The translations under genes were made by a program, and so were the position numbers. From positions 10,788,001 through 10,852,000 of the forward strand of contig OY740818.1 in NCBI GenBank assembly GCA_963514005.1: DNA of 64,000 bases, read 5' to 3'. Of this stretch, positions 51,401 to 63,870 are shown piece after piece. Position 1 is the first letter of the stretch. Each line of letters begins with the position of its first letter. The notes under the pieces were generated by a model that was not told the DNA's origin, made no database searches, and saw only the letters and a program-made list of their open reading frames with translations. This stretch comes from Raja brachyura. Lineage: Eukaryota.

Positions 51401-53722
51401 AAAAGTGGTGTCTGAAGCAGACAACTGACAGTACCAGAACCCCTGGCTCCGAAAGTGAAGAAATATGACCGATCTGAAAACTGCTGCCAAGGTATAGTTC
51501 CTGACTATTTTCTAAACAAGCTAGTGGCCAAATATATTTGCCACGAAGCAATTCCTTGCATTTTTAAAAAACTAATGCTGTTTGAATGCCTAAATAACCA
51601 ACATCAGCTTTTCAGAATGATGGATGATAGCCACAGTGCTTCTATTACAACATTTATGACAAATTGAATCATATCAGCAGTTTAAACAGTTGGCATTGGT
51701 ATAAATCTAATGAACAGCAGCCCCAATCCCAAGTGCCACTCAACTCTAATATCTCTTTATTCTCCTATTCAGTTTTTACTTCAGATAAGGACCTTGATAA
51801 TGTCCCTGGGAGGAAATGTGAGTATTAGTAGCCTCTTGCAACATGAGGAGATGCGGGTTTAGGATAAGGCAGGTGGTGTAGCTGCGCCAAACACAGAATG
51901 TCCCCTCAATTAGTTATAGTGATAAGATGTGCATGGTTTGCCTCATGGAGTGATAGAAAATTCATTGCCATAATAAATCGGCTTCAAAACAGACTGGCAA
52001 ATTTGTTGCCTGCAAAGACTTGCTTTTGATAATGCCTAGTGGGGCAGTGTGTTCCTATTGTTGCCTTCTATGCATCTTTGTTCTCCTTCCTACTGACCAT
52101 GTGCTGCCAATTAACAGACCCATCACTGCCTGTTGGTTAATTGCCAAGGATCCCTGACCATGTCTTTGTTTCTGTGCTTTTTCACCTGGGAACCAGCCAT
52201 TCCAGCAGGTGGAAACAGGAAAAAAGAATCTCAATTGGAGCCTTTTTTTCCAATTGAAAAGGATCTAAGTTTGTTTGCGACCTTCCTGCCTCTTGCAAAA
52301 TAGAAAATGCTTTAGCCTTATTCCCTTACGTGAACATGATAATTCCTGGGGAAAAGGAGTTTAATTGGTGTCTTTACATTTGTCCACCAACTTGTATATA
52401 GTTTAAAAAAATATATTGTTGCCTGAGTAATCAACTGTTGATCCTTTAAAACGGATCTAGAACTACTGTTAATCAAATGATTTTTAGAGTTGTCAATATC
52501 TTAACTGCATTTGCATTGTGTAATTAACACTTTACGGTGGCACTAATTTTTATTTTGTACCAATAACTGAAAATTAATAAATCCTGCTGCTGGATTCCTA
52601 ATTCTTTCCCTTCCCAACCACTTACATTTTATGTCCAAAGAGGGAACAGAGTATATTGTTTAGTATTTGCCAATTGCCTTTTCTCCATACAACAAATAAA
52701 ATCTGACTGGTTCAATTGGTATACGTTGCCCATATTGGGTTGGGTTTGGCGATTAGCTGTGAAATATCTTAAAAATATTTGCTTTGGTCTTTGTCGGAAC
52801 TACTTTGTAATTTTATAGGTCGACAAAAATGCTGGAGAAACTCATTTGTCTGGATCTATGGAGCGAAGGAAATAGGCTCGGGTCGGGTCAAAACCCTTCT
52901 TCAGAATTTTATAATTTTATAATTGTCTTTCTCCTTAAATTTATAATATGGATACAGCTCATTTAAATTGCCCCCAAGTCTCATTTGCTCCCAAGTCCAG
53001 TCCGAAGAAGGGCCCCTACCCAAAATGCTGCCTATCCATGTTCTCCAGAGATGCAGCCTAACTCACTGAGTTACTCCAAGACTTTGTGTCCTTCCACGTT
53101 AAGTAAATTTGCCTGCATAATTAATGTATTCCAATACTGGAAATATCCTTGTAAGTTCAATGGTAGACAAAAAAGCTGGAGAAACTCAGCAGGTGAGGCA
53201 GCATCTATGGAGTGAAGGAATAGGTGACGTTTCGGGTCGAGACCCTTCTTCAGAATGGTTCAATGGTTCTTTATCTCATCATGCAGATTATTTTTTATCG
53301 GTTTTATTCTACTGGCTTATTTAATGTTCAATATAATTCTTGAGTTACCTCCCTGAACCTGCATTCTCTGCCTTAAGGCAAGGGTCCTATATGCCTTATT
53401 ATCCACTTTGTTTATGAGTCTTACTAGCTTCATGACTGTGGAAAGATCTCTCTGTCTCTCTACACTATTTTATATCTTATAAAAAATTATTATGTATTCT
53501 GCCACTCTGTTTATCTTTCTCAAATGCACACATCTCTGTGCTGGCTTTTGTTCTTGCCTTATCCACATAATCTTTTTTTAAATCATTTCTATTTGACCTA
53601 TCATCCTGTAACCTGCAACTTTCTTCCTCGTTGTCAATTAACTTTGTGGAGCTCCTTACTAAAATTGCATCAGATCAACTGGTTTGCAGTTAATTTGACG
53701 TATCCTCCTTAAAGAACAGGTG

Positions 53723-54270
53723 CAGTAAACCATCGTTTTTATAACCTCGTTATAACGGATTTCAGTTATAGAGGATGGAATTTAATCGCTAGGCCGAGCT
53801 GCTGACGCCACCTGCACTACCTCCTCGGGCCACCCCTGCCGCTGCCACTGCTGTCATTGCTGCCACCGACACCACTGACCCTTACCTATACTCCGGCTGC
53901 CCACGGACCGTAACCAATACCTCCCGATTCTTGCCTCAACTCATCTGGATTCCAGGCCCAGTTCCAGACCGAGATTCTGAAGAAAGGTCCCAACCCGAAA
54001 CAACACTTATCCATGTTCTCCAGAAATGTTGCCTGACCTGCTGAGTTACCACAGCACTTTGTGTTCTTTTGTGTATTGACCAGCATATGCAGTTCTTTTC
54101 TCCAGAGATGCTGCCTGACCTGCTGAATCACTCCAGCATTTTGTGTCTATGCAGTTCTTTGTTTCCACTGCTTGTAATCCCTCACTAAGTTATAGTGGAC
54201 AATAGGCAATAATGGACACCCTTCCCTTCTCCTCCCCCACCCCCGCATGGTCCATTATGACGAGGGTTTA
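53723..54270. mobile_element. Tigger/pogo-like non-autonomous element with nested Penelope-derived repeats
   Basis: Left cagtaaaccatcgtt...cctcgttataacgga and right tccattatgacgagggttta are imperfect inverted repeats. Confidence 0.5.
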
Positions 54271-55171
54271 GCCCCCTTTCCACATGCCTGTAAGCGAAAA
54301 GAGACTGGAAAATAGTCAAATCTTCATCTATTTCTCCCTTTAATAATAGGTCACCAACCTAAAACGCTCACCCTCTTTTTCTCTCTGTTGATGTATGAAT
54401 TCTGTACGGGTGTTTCATTGCTGTCTGTGGTATAATTTGCTCCAAGCAAATTGACTGATAATATAACTAAATAACACCATTGACAAAAGGAATTATAAGT
54501 ATGTGAACTAGCTCTTTATAATGCCACTTGCGTACACCTATTTATAAAATAGTCTATCTTTGCAATGCGTCCTGTAATTTATGGATGGCTCCTTGTATTA
54601 TACCGAAAAAGCCTATGTACTGAGATATATGACTGTTCCTGTATCAATAACTAGTTGACTGCAATTGAGACAAATGGCATGTTTCTATGTAAGGGGGGCA
54701 AGATGATCACATGGGGTTTAGATGATGGATGGGGGAAGCTTTTTGCTGATTTATAAATGCAGTCTAGAAAAGAGCCAATTAGTTTGTTTATATGTTATAG
54801 ACTCAATGTAACCTGGTGCAAAGCATCTATTAGAAATAAAAAGGGAGCATAAAAAGTTATCTACTTTTACATTCGCAGACCGAACATAAATAATCTCCAC
54901 TGCTCATTGAAAATTGGCGCTTTATTCTTGAACTGTACAGCCTTCTTGGTCTTTTGGCAAGAAATATATGGCATCGTGTATCACAGCATGCGGGAAGAAT
55001 AATTTACTCCCAGCCGGGACTTGGGTCTATGAACTTGAATTTTTTGTATTATATTAGCTAAAATACTATTAAAAACAGCAGTTTGTACAAGAAAAATAGA
55101 ATATTTTGCCTTCTAGTCCTGTGACCTGCTCAACTAAAAGCAGAAAACTCAAATCACATGTAGGGAATTTT

Positions 55172-55907
55172 ACCACTCTACCATAAAGGCTTGATTGGTG
55201 GAGTGCTGCAAATATAGTTGTCCTTCTGAAAGCTTCTCCCATCTCCACAAAGGAACTCTGGAGCTCTGTCAGAGTGACCATCAGTTTCTTGGTCACCTCC
55301 CTGACCAAGGCCCTTCTCCTCCGATTGCTCAGTTTGGCCGGGCGGCCAGCTCTGTGAAGAGTCCTGGTGGTTCCAAAGTTCTTCCATTTAAGAATGACAG
55401 AAGCCACTGTGCTCTTCTGGGCCTGCAATGCTGCAGAAATTGTTTTATACCCTTCCCCAGATCTGTGTCTCGACACAATCCTGTCTCTCGGAGGTCTAAT
55501 TCCTTCGTCTTCATGGCTTGGTTTTTGCTCTGACATGCACTGTTAACTGTGGGACCTTATATGGGATTATGAGTGTACAAATTATGTACACTCGATTTAA
55601 TTTCCCATGCGTGGACTCCAATCAAGTTGTAGAAACATCTCAAGGATAATCACTGGAAATAGGATGCACGTAAGGTCAAGTTTGAGTGTCATAGCAAAGG
55701 GTCGGAATACTTATGTAAATGTGATATTTCAGTTATTTCTTTTCAATTTGCAACAATTTCTAAACACCTGTTTTCGCTTCTTCATTCTGGGGTATTGTGC
55801 GTAGATTGATGATTAAAAGGAATGAAGTTAATCCATTTTAAAATAAGGCTGTAATATAACAAAATGTGGAGAAAGTGAAGAGGTCTGAATACTTGCTGAA
55901 TGCGCGG
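55172..55907 (-). mobile_element. Tc1-like transposon left portion (same family as 43434-44615)
   Basis: Reverse complement of 43434-44172. ORFs contain MKTKEL... and KWKNFGTTRTLHRAGRPAKLS. TA at 55908-55909. Confidence 0.9.
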
Positions 55908-56780
55908 TATTTATTTCTGCTGACTGGATAGCTTGCAACAAAAGCTCATCACTGTACATTGCTACATGTGTACAATAAACTTAACTAAACAGTTACCAAA
56001 ATTAATTCACAAAGTGGAAGATGTACACATTCCCAAAAGCTGAGAATATTTAAATGTTTGAGGATGTAGTGCTCATCTTACTAATATCAATTATTTTTTA
56101 AAGAATGTGGCATCTATAATTGACAATAACTTCTGATTTGTTGAACATGGGTATTTGTCCCCAACAGCTCTCACCAACGTAGAAAGCATTTTATCAGGGT
56201 TCATCACAGCATGATTTAGGAACAGATCCATCCAAGACCACAAGAAATTGCAGAGAATTCTGGTTGCAGCCCAGACCATCACACCAATACTTGGGTATAC
56301 TAAAGGCATACTTGCGCACTAAAGGATAAGTTACATACTGACCCTAATTGTTTTGCTCCACACCTGAAGTGCAGTCCTGTGGATATGAGAACAATTAAAA
56401 GCATTCTTTGTTGCCGTTGGTCGAGAGCACAGCCGTTGGTTAAGAGTATTGGGCTATGGAAGATATCATACAAGCCCGACTCTATTCTTACCCAATGTTT
56501 ATATGTATGCACTGAATAGTACCAGTTTGTAAAACGTAGGGACACGGAAATAAATGTCAACACCACATTGCTGGTTCAGTGTAGATTGGAAGAGGCTGTG
56601 GACTGAAGCTGGGAGAATGCCCCTCAGTACAACCTATTCAGCAACCAAAATGTTCATGCATTTTCAGATTAATTTTGGAAACTCCATTTCCTGGGATTTC
56701 TGGCAGACGATATCCCTAACTCCACCCTTTTCTTTCCAACAGTGCGTTAATTGAGGACTCGTGCAATTATTGTAATAAGC

Positions 56781-56864
56781 ATTTCTGGATTTGTACATAA
56801 TTAATTAAAGCATTATTGGAATAAGCATTCCAATAACGCTTTAATTATGTACAAATCCAGAAAT
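56781..56864. repeat. Near-perfect 84-nt inverted repeat (hairpin)
   Basis: Arms 56781-56822 and 56827-56864, 4-nt loop aagc, one mismatch and a 4-nt bulge. Confidence 0.9.
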
Positions 56865-58119
56865 AATGGATGTTTTTTGCTAATTATTGAAATTTTGTTT
56901 TATATCAAAAGTCACCTTATATCAAAAGTCACCAAAAGTTACCTTAACACATTGTTAGTTGGGAAATTAGCGTTATAGCATTTTTGTCCTTGAGGCTAAG
57001 TGAGAACAGATTCAAGAAATGGCCATTTAAATTTTTACTGGTAATATGTAGATCTTTCTTCATTACAATATTAAATATTATACGAATAGCAATCAAAGTA
57101 TGGACATTGAAAAAGCAAACTAACAATTGCAGGCTTATTTTTCTTTTTGGGCCCTATGGTACAGTGATCAGAAGAGCTTTAAATTTCACCAGTGAGTTTG
57201 CACACAGTTTGGTGAAAGATTCTCAATCCAATATGAGCATGTTTCAATATATAAGGAGACTGGATATTATTCTTAACTATATTTCACATTTTCATAATGC
57301 AATCCCAGGAATGTTACCTTTCATATAGGCTACTTGGTGAAGCTGCCTTGGCAGATAATTCAATACTATTGAATGATTGAGCAGATTATCAAGTAATGAG
57401 ACATTTTTAAAAAGCTTTCTCTTTTGATAGATGCAGTACAACTAAATGTGATGCTTTTCTGGAGACTCCTCATTGCCAAGCGATTGATCCGTGCCTTGGT
57501 ACCAGTCTGCGAATAAGCCTTCTCAATGTTAGCTTTGTCCTTTGCTGATGTCAGAACTGGAATATTTATCTTTTCACAACAAGTCAGTTTGTTGTTCTAT
57601 ATCAGCAGCCTCTCACGTCTTTCTTCAGCTATTGAACCACATCCAGTGTCAACACATTCATTCTGTATGAAGCTGTTAAAGCACAAGAAGTGTTTTCACA
57701 GATTAAGGCAATATTTCTTTTGATTAAACAAGGTTACTATATGCATTGCTAAGGGAGAAAGGTTTCACCATTCAGAGTTGAGGAAAGATTTGCTTTTTTT
57801 AATCTGACTGCTCAAGATGTTTGCTTAGCCAGGGCTTAAACCAAATAGACTTTAAATTTAAGCTCTGAGATCTGTCACCTTAAAGTGCAATAAAATTATC
57901 ACATTGCTCTTCATGTGAGAACAAGTAGTAAATTTATCTCTATCATCTCATCTCACAAAATGAAAGCCAAACTAATATCTCAGAGCAATTTGCAATTTTC
58001 ATTTCAATTGTGCACAATTGAAGCATAACATGTTCCCACCCATGGGTTGCAGTAAATAGAAGTGCTGCCTCAATAATCAGCCCAATTCTGACCTTTGAGT
58101 TGTCTCTGGAATTTACAGA

Positions 58120-58403
58120 GTTGCTTCCTTACAGCGCTTGCAGTGCCGGAGACATGCATTCGATCCTGACTGCGGGTTCTGTCTGTACGGATTTTGTATG
58201 TTCTTCCGGTGACACTGGGTTTTCTCCAAGACCGTCAGTTTCCTCCCACACTCCAAAGACGTACCTGTAGGTTTGTAGGTTAATTGGCTTCGTATAATTG
58301 CTAAATGTTGTTCCCAGTGTGTGTAGGATAGGGTTAATGTGCGGGGGATCGCTGGTCAGTGTGGACTCGGTGGGCATGTTTCTGCGCTAAACTAAACTAA
58401 ACT
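58120..58403 (+). mobile_element. V-SINE (HE1-like)
   Basis: gagttgcttccttacagcgc...ttcgatcctgactgcggg...tttcctcccacactccaaagacgtac...(ctaaa)3 tail. Confidence 0.82.
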
Positions 58404-58844
58404 GCGTGCGTTTATGAGTGTTCTGGTTTCTTCCCACATCCCAAAGGTATGTGGATTGGTCAGTTAATTGACCATTTGATATTATTCATTGCATGTAGAT
58501 GAGTGATAGAATCTGGTTTGAAATACATGTGGAAAATAAAACAGGTTTACTCCAGCAAATGGGTGCTCGATAGTTGTCATGGACTTAGTGTGTCATGGAC
58601 TTAGGGCCTGCATCACATTAATCTCTCACTATTGCTAATGTAAGCTATCAAATAAAATTTACTTTTAGTGTTTATTTAATTAGTGAATATGAAGTCCTTT
58701 TTGTACCTACATATAGCAGATTTGTTGCTGTAATGCCATTTACAAACGTACATATCAAATTGGCCTAGAAAATCTAATACATACTAGGGGTAAATATCAC
58801 CAGCAACTTGTCCTGGACCTGCCCTATTTAAGAAATTGCCAAGA

Positions 58845-59160
58845 AAACACACCAAAGCCTTTACTTTCTTCGAGACTTAGGAAGTTTGGCACGTCCCCAA
58901 CAACTCTCACCAACTTCTGCAGTAGCGCTGTAGAAGGCATTTTATCGGGATGCATCACATCATGGTTTGGGATCAGCATTATCCAAGACACAAGAAATGT
59001 GGAGAATTGTGGATGCAGCCCACAAACCAACCTCCCTTCCATTGACTCTATCCTCGGCAAGGCGACCAGCATAAAGGATGAGTCTCAACCCGGACACTCC
59101 CTCTTCTCCCCTCTACCATCAGGCAAGAGGTACATAAATGTGAACGTGCATACCACCAAC
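58845..59160 (+). mobile_element. Rex1/Babar-like fragment
   Basis: caccaacttctgcagtagcgctgtagaaggcattttatcgggatgcatcacatcatggtttgg...SLFSPLPSGKRY. Confidence 0.7.
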
Positions 59161-60569
59161 AGTCTAACAAAGCACATATGCTGGCACAAAGGAAACAGGT
59201 CTGTAACCCAAATTCAACATTCAGAGCAGGTACATGCATAGAAAAACAGGACATTCAAAACAATCATGGCTGGTCCTTCAGCTTCTCATTCTTTTCCCAT
59301 ACTCCATGTCGTTTGTGTGCAGACATCCATGTAACTCCTTGCCACCTTGACCTGCACAGCTTTCTATGGCAGATAATCCGAGTGAGCAAGTTTCCTCTTA
59401 CCTCAGAGCTAAATGCCCTACTCTATATCCTGAGACTGAGACACCTCTGTTCCTCCACCTGACCTGAAACATCGCCTATCCTTGTTCCCCAGAGATGCTG
59501 CCTGACCTGTTGAGTTACTCCCCCACTTTGTCCTTTTTTTTGTTGCATCTGCAGTTCCTTGTTTCTCCAGAAGCACCTTCCTTTTTAATATATTCTTTCA
59601 GAATTTGTGTCTGTTTCAATACGATCTCCTTTCTTTGTTCTAGAACTAGTGAATACAGGCTAGTTGATCTAATCTTTCTTAATGACAGTTGCAGTATCAT
59701 TTTTAAAAAAAACTACAGCTATAAATCGAGCAAATGTCCCAGCAATTCATCTCATGAGTCTTTAGCACACCTCTTCTATGCAAATATATATTTTCATGGG
59801 TAAGGAGACCAAAGCTACAGCAGTACTATCCAGTACAATTGTAGTTAGGCAACCTTTCCTTTGCACCCAAAATGTCTTGCAATGAATAGCAAGTTATTTT
59901 CCTCCTTTACAGCTTGCTTGACCTGCGCCTTTGATTCTGACTGGTGCGCAAGAATATCTATTTCCCCAGTCTCTCATGAATAATATTCTGCCATTCTGTC
60001 TTACAACAATAAGGAGCTTATGATTTCTGATCTCTTAGTCTGACTGGATGAGATGTCTAGCATTTCAATGTGCAGCACATCTAACTTCTCATCTATGAAC
60101 AGCTATCTTCGTCTGTATGAATCATCCAGCAACTAATTTGTGTCGTTGCTGTTTGAGGAGCTGGCAACATCCTTGGCCCTCTACTACAATTTTAGCCTGA
60201 CAGAACCAATTAAACATTTGGTTTTAGCTATTACAATATGTGCGCATCCTGTACCACATATATTTGTCGTTGTGCTCTTTCTATGTGGCTAGATGAAGGA
60301 GAGTGATGTTGAGGAGGGACACTGTATGGGAGATATTTCCTCTGTGTTTGAAATTGTAAAGGTGAAGGCACAATGATGTCAGTAGCAAGAGGAGCAAGGC
60401 CAGTTTGAGATATTAATTATACTGAATCTCTTCCATTTAGCATTGTTATCATATTACACAGTACAATGGAGCCTTGTCTTGCACAAAATCCTGCCTTAAG
60501 CGATGATAGAAATGGACTGATGCCATCACAAAAGATAAATTAGTGGGGGGGAAAGCCAAGACCTTTACA

Positions 60570-60755
60570 CATAAATGCTGGAGTAACTCAGCGGGACAGG
60601 CAGCAAACCTAGATAGTTTTGGGTCGAAACCCGAGTGCCTCGACCCGAAATGTCACCCATTCCTTCTATCCGGAGATACTGCCTGTCCCGTTGAGTTACT
60701 CCAGCATTTTGTGTCTATCTTCGGTTTAAACCAGCATCTGCTGTTCCTTCCTACA
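60570..60755. mobile_element. Penelope-derived mini-element with inverted arms
   Basis: aaatgctggagtaactcagcgggacaggcag / ctgcctgtcccgttgagttactccagcattt are inverted. Flanks agacctttacacat and agacttttatacat look like a TSD. Confidence 0.7.
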
Positions 60756-61275
60756 GACTTTTATACATTCAGGCTCTTTGATCTGCAGGTTGGCAAGCGG
60801 TATCCTTCTGAAGTTGGCCAGTTTACTCAATGCTAATGCTAGCAAAACTGTAATTTGCTTTGAGGAATGCTACCCGCAGAGTATATGTGTGCATCCATCC
60901 TTCTCAGCCCTTCCAAATTGTGTTTACCACAAAGAAATACCAATTGATCAGCTGATGGAAGGCAAGAAGTTGTAATTTGCTCCAGTGTCCTGAATTTCCA
61001 TGGGTCTGTAGTCAATGTTACAGATATCCAAACCACTTCTTCCTGTTTATTCTTGCATGTCTAGTGGATCTGTCCAATGAATAGGATAAGATGTTTTCTA
61101 TGATTGTGATAGAGGAGCCTAGAATGATGGCATGCAAGTTATCATTTCATAGATATGATTATAAATCTGTTTGTTACTGAGTTTTGGGGAAAACATTCCC
61201 AACAGAGGCATGTCGTAGATATTTGTGTGCATGGTTGAATTGGCTGAGTATATTGGCAAATACTTGATATTGGCC

Positions 61276-61372
61276 AGTCTGAAGAAGGGTCTCGACCCGA
61301 AACGTCGCCTATCTCCTTCGCTCCTTAGATGCTGCTGCACCCGCTGAGTTTCTCCAGCTTTTTGTGTAACCC
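61276..61372 (+). mobile_element. Penelope-derived mini-element with intact minimal hammerhead-like core, sense to the host gene
   Basis: CTGAAGA (61279-61285), A, GGGTC-TC-GACCC stem II, GAAA (61299-61302), C, GTC (61304-61306). caaatactt is repeated on both flanks. Confidence 0.72.
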
Positions 61373-62215
61373 TTGACAAATACTTTGTTCACATCAGTGA
61401 TAGATGGCTGAAGGATGGCTTTAAATGAACGTTTGCAGCTTACATCAGAAGATAGTTGAGTTTGAACCACATTTTTGTGGATTGAATCATTCATCGAAGA
61501 GATCAAGAAAGAGCAGCTTAGTTTTATTTTCTCCTGAAGATGGGCTTTTTGCAACAGTCCAGTGCTTTAACCGTGATCATTTTTCCAGCTGCTGTACTAG
61601 TTACGTGGGTCTATGTCTCTGCAGTCCAAGGAGATCACCACCGTTCATGGTGAATAGTTTCTCGCCTTCTTTAAGTTAATGGACTACAATTTTAAGTTAT
61701 TTGCCTCCAATGGTGACTGGGCAGTGTCCGTTAAAAACAATTTGATTTGAACACTACAGTGAATGTTTTAATTGCAAGTTCCAAGAACATAAATCAAGAA
61801 AACAATATAGGGATGAAGAAAATTGTGTAAAATACTGTTAGAAAATGCAAACATGATTTTTTTAATGTATCTCTAAAACATTAAAGCCTAGAAATTGGAT
61901 CCATTGGATCTCCTCAGTTTGCACCTTCAATCATCGCCAGATAAAATCATTGTGAAACTGGTCTGGATAAAGATGTGGTCGTTGGAAACATTTGATGCAG
62001 CTTTCATCAGAAACTGCAGGCATTCCTTTATAGTGCATGATTCTGGGCGTAAATCATATGTTTCTACATTTTTTAATATGATTATGATTTTTAATTAGTT
62101 AAAGAGAAAAATGATCAACTGGGAGCTGTAAGACAAAGGATGAAATGCATTCCTGACTCACCCAGCAGAAGCTTGTTTATATCTAATTTAATACCGTTTG
62201 GTTTTATTGTTTCAG

Positions 62216-62299
62216 GTTGATGAAATCTACCATGATGAATCGTTAGGTACGCACATCAACATAGTTTTGGTCAGGGTGATTATGGTAGGCTACAGACAG
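62216..62299 (+). CDS. adamts14: ADAMTS14-like coding exon (84 nt, metalloprotease domain; phase 0 to phase 0)
   Basis: Acceptor ttttattgtttcag and donor gtgagt. Translates [33 protein letters not shown] and MVGYRQ are ADAMTS14-type, whereas ADAMTS2/3 have VNEIY and a different ending. Confidence 0.95.
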
Positions 62300-62445
62300 G
62301 TGAGTCGGCAACATCTCAAAATGTGAATTATTTATATTTCTCAAGCAATTACACAATGTTAATTGGTTCTAAAGAGTTATTGATGATTTAGCGCACCTCG
62401 TAGGAGCTGTAACTCTCATATAATCACCTACTGTATAATAAGACA

Positions 62446-63340
62446 TAAGATGGTGGCGTGCCCGACGTTTGCGGCGGCCTCTCTCAGTGGAAATGCAGTG
62501 CTTTTGTGTGTTATTGGAGTGAGTGGTGTGATTGCAAAGTGTGTGGAAGGAAAGTGTATGTATGTGCGACAGTATGAGCAACAGTTTCTGTTGGACATCC
62601 GTAACAAAGTTTCTTGTTACGACAAACACTTGTTGAGCATCCTGGGCGAGTTTGGACTTCTACGCCGTTTAGGCCCAAGGAAGGCCGCGACTGTACCTGG
62701 AGCAGCACCGGTTGAGGAATCACCGGAAGCGGTGTGACAGGTTGCGGAAGTGGGGCAAGTGCGGAGGAGTCCACGCTAGGCTAATCACTAATCCACACAA
62801 ACCAGCAGTGCCTACACTCAAGTTGGCAAATGTCCGCTCCCTCGACAACAAGATGGATTACATCAGAGTGTGGAGAGCTTCTCAATGTAGCATGAGGAAC
62901 TGCTGTGTCTACGTTTTCATGGAGACCTGGCTGAACCAGAACATCACGGACGCTGCGATCCAGCTAGAGGGGCTAATACTACACAGAGCTGACAGAGTAG
63001 ATTCGCTAGCCGGTAAGCTAAGGGGAGATGGCCTGGCTGTGTACGTCAACAGATCGTGGTGCCGGGATGCCGTGGTGGTTTCCACTTACTGCTCACACCA
63101 CGTAGAGTTAATGACTGTGAAATGCCGACCCTTCTACTTGCTGAGCGAGCTGACGGCAGTCTTCATAACAGCCACCTGTGTACCACCGAGCGCGGACATG
63201 AAGGAAGCTATGACAGAACTCTACAACATCAGTGAGCAGCAGAGGGGACATCCCGATGCCTTCTTCATGGCAGCTGGGGATTTCAATCAGGCAAGTCTCA
63301 CATCTGCTCTGCCTAAATTCTACCAGCATGTGAATATTGC
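62446..63340 (+). mobile_element. Rex1/Babar LINE 5' region with APE endonuclease (3' part missing)
   Basis: aagatgg-type 5' start. LANVRSLDNKMD...FMETWL...RADR...LAVYVN.SWC...KCRPFYL...AGDFNQA.L...LPKFYQHV. Confidence 0.88.
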
Positions 63341-63870
63341 CTCTACACCTAACGCATTATTCTCTGGCGTTTCCACCATAAATCCCATCTTCCCGTCCCA
63401 ATCCCTTTCTGACATGGAGATCACCCTCTTCGCAACTCCTAGGTTCATTCATCCCTTCCCATCCACGCACTTCTCTTCACATTCCCTTACGACCCCCCTG
63501 CCCTTCGCTTGCTGCATTGCTAGAGTAAGACCACATGCAAATTGGAAGGACAGCACCTCATCTTCCTCTTGGGTAGCCTACCCGACAGCATTAACATTGG
63601 ATTCCCCAATTTCAAGTAATATCCCCCATCACCTCTCTATCCTCTGCCTCTTCCCCTACACCAGAACACACACATTTCTCCCACACTTGTCACCCTGCTC
63701 CTTTGCCGTCCTTCTTATGTTCATCAACCACTGTCCCCCCATTTCCCTCGTTCCCCTCTGCTTTGTCCCCTTCCACCCATATTCCTCCCTCCGGCTTCAC
63801 ATTTTGTATTTCACTCTTTATATCCCTATCAGTCATCCTTTTATCTCCTCCTTATTTCCAATGTAAAGAA
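63340..63870 (+). mobile_element. Penelope-like element remnant (GIY-YIG C-terminus plus pyrimidine-rich tail)
   Basis: ~63530-63619 translates TCKLEGQHLIFLLGSLPDSINIGFPNFK*, typical of the Penelope GIY-YIG end (KLEEQHLIF.LG.L.P.G.N..F.NF). Confidence 0.7.

Noticed and set aside
55571-55593. Small palindrome gagtgtaca-aatta-tgtacactc inside the Tc1 copy
   Set aside because: Only 9-bp arms at a rearranged spot; most likely a repair scar.
7918-61372. Recurring ~90-bp repeats as a CRISPR-like array
   Set aside because: They are dispersed, in both orientations, have TSDs and no regular spacers, and the context is eukaryotic.
33043-62299. Assignment as ADAMTS2 or ADAMTS3
   Set aside because: VDEIY, MVGYRQ, NYVLTL and FG.GDL fit ADAMTS14 better. 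Not confirmed by a tree.
62712-63866. 384-aa ORF as a novel host protein
   Set aside because: The N-terminal part is LINE APE endonuclease. The remainder is off-frame read-through into Penelope-like and pyrimidine-rich sequence.
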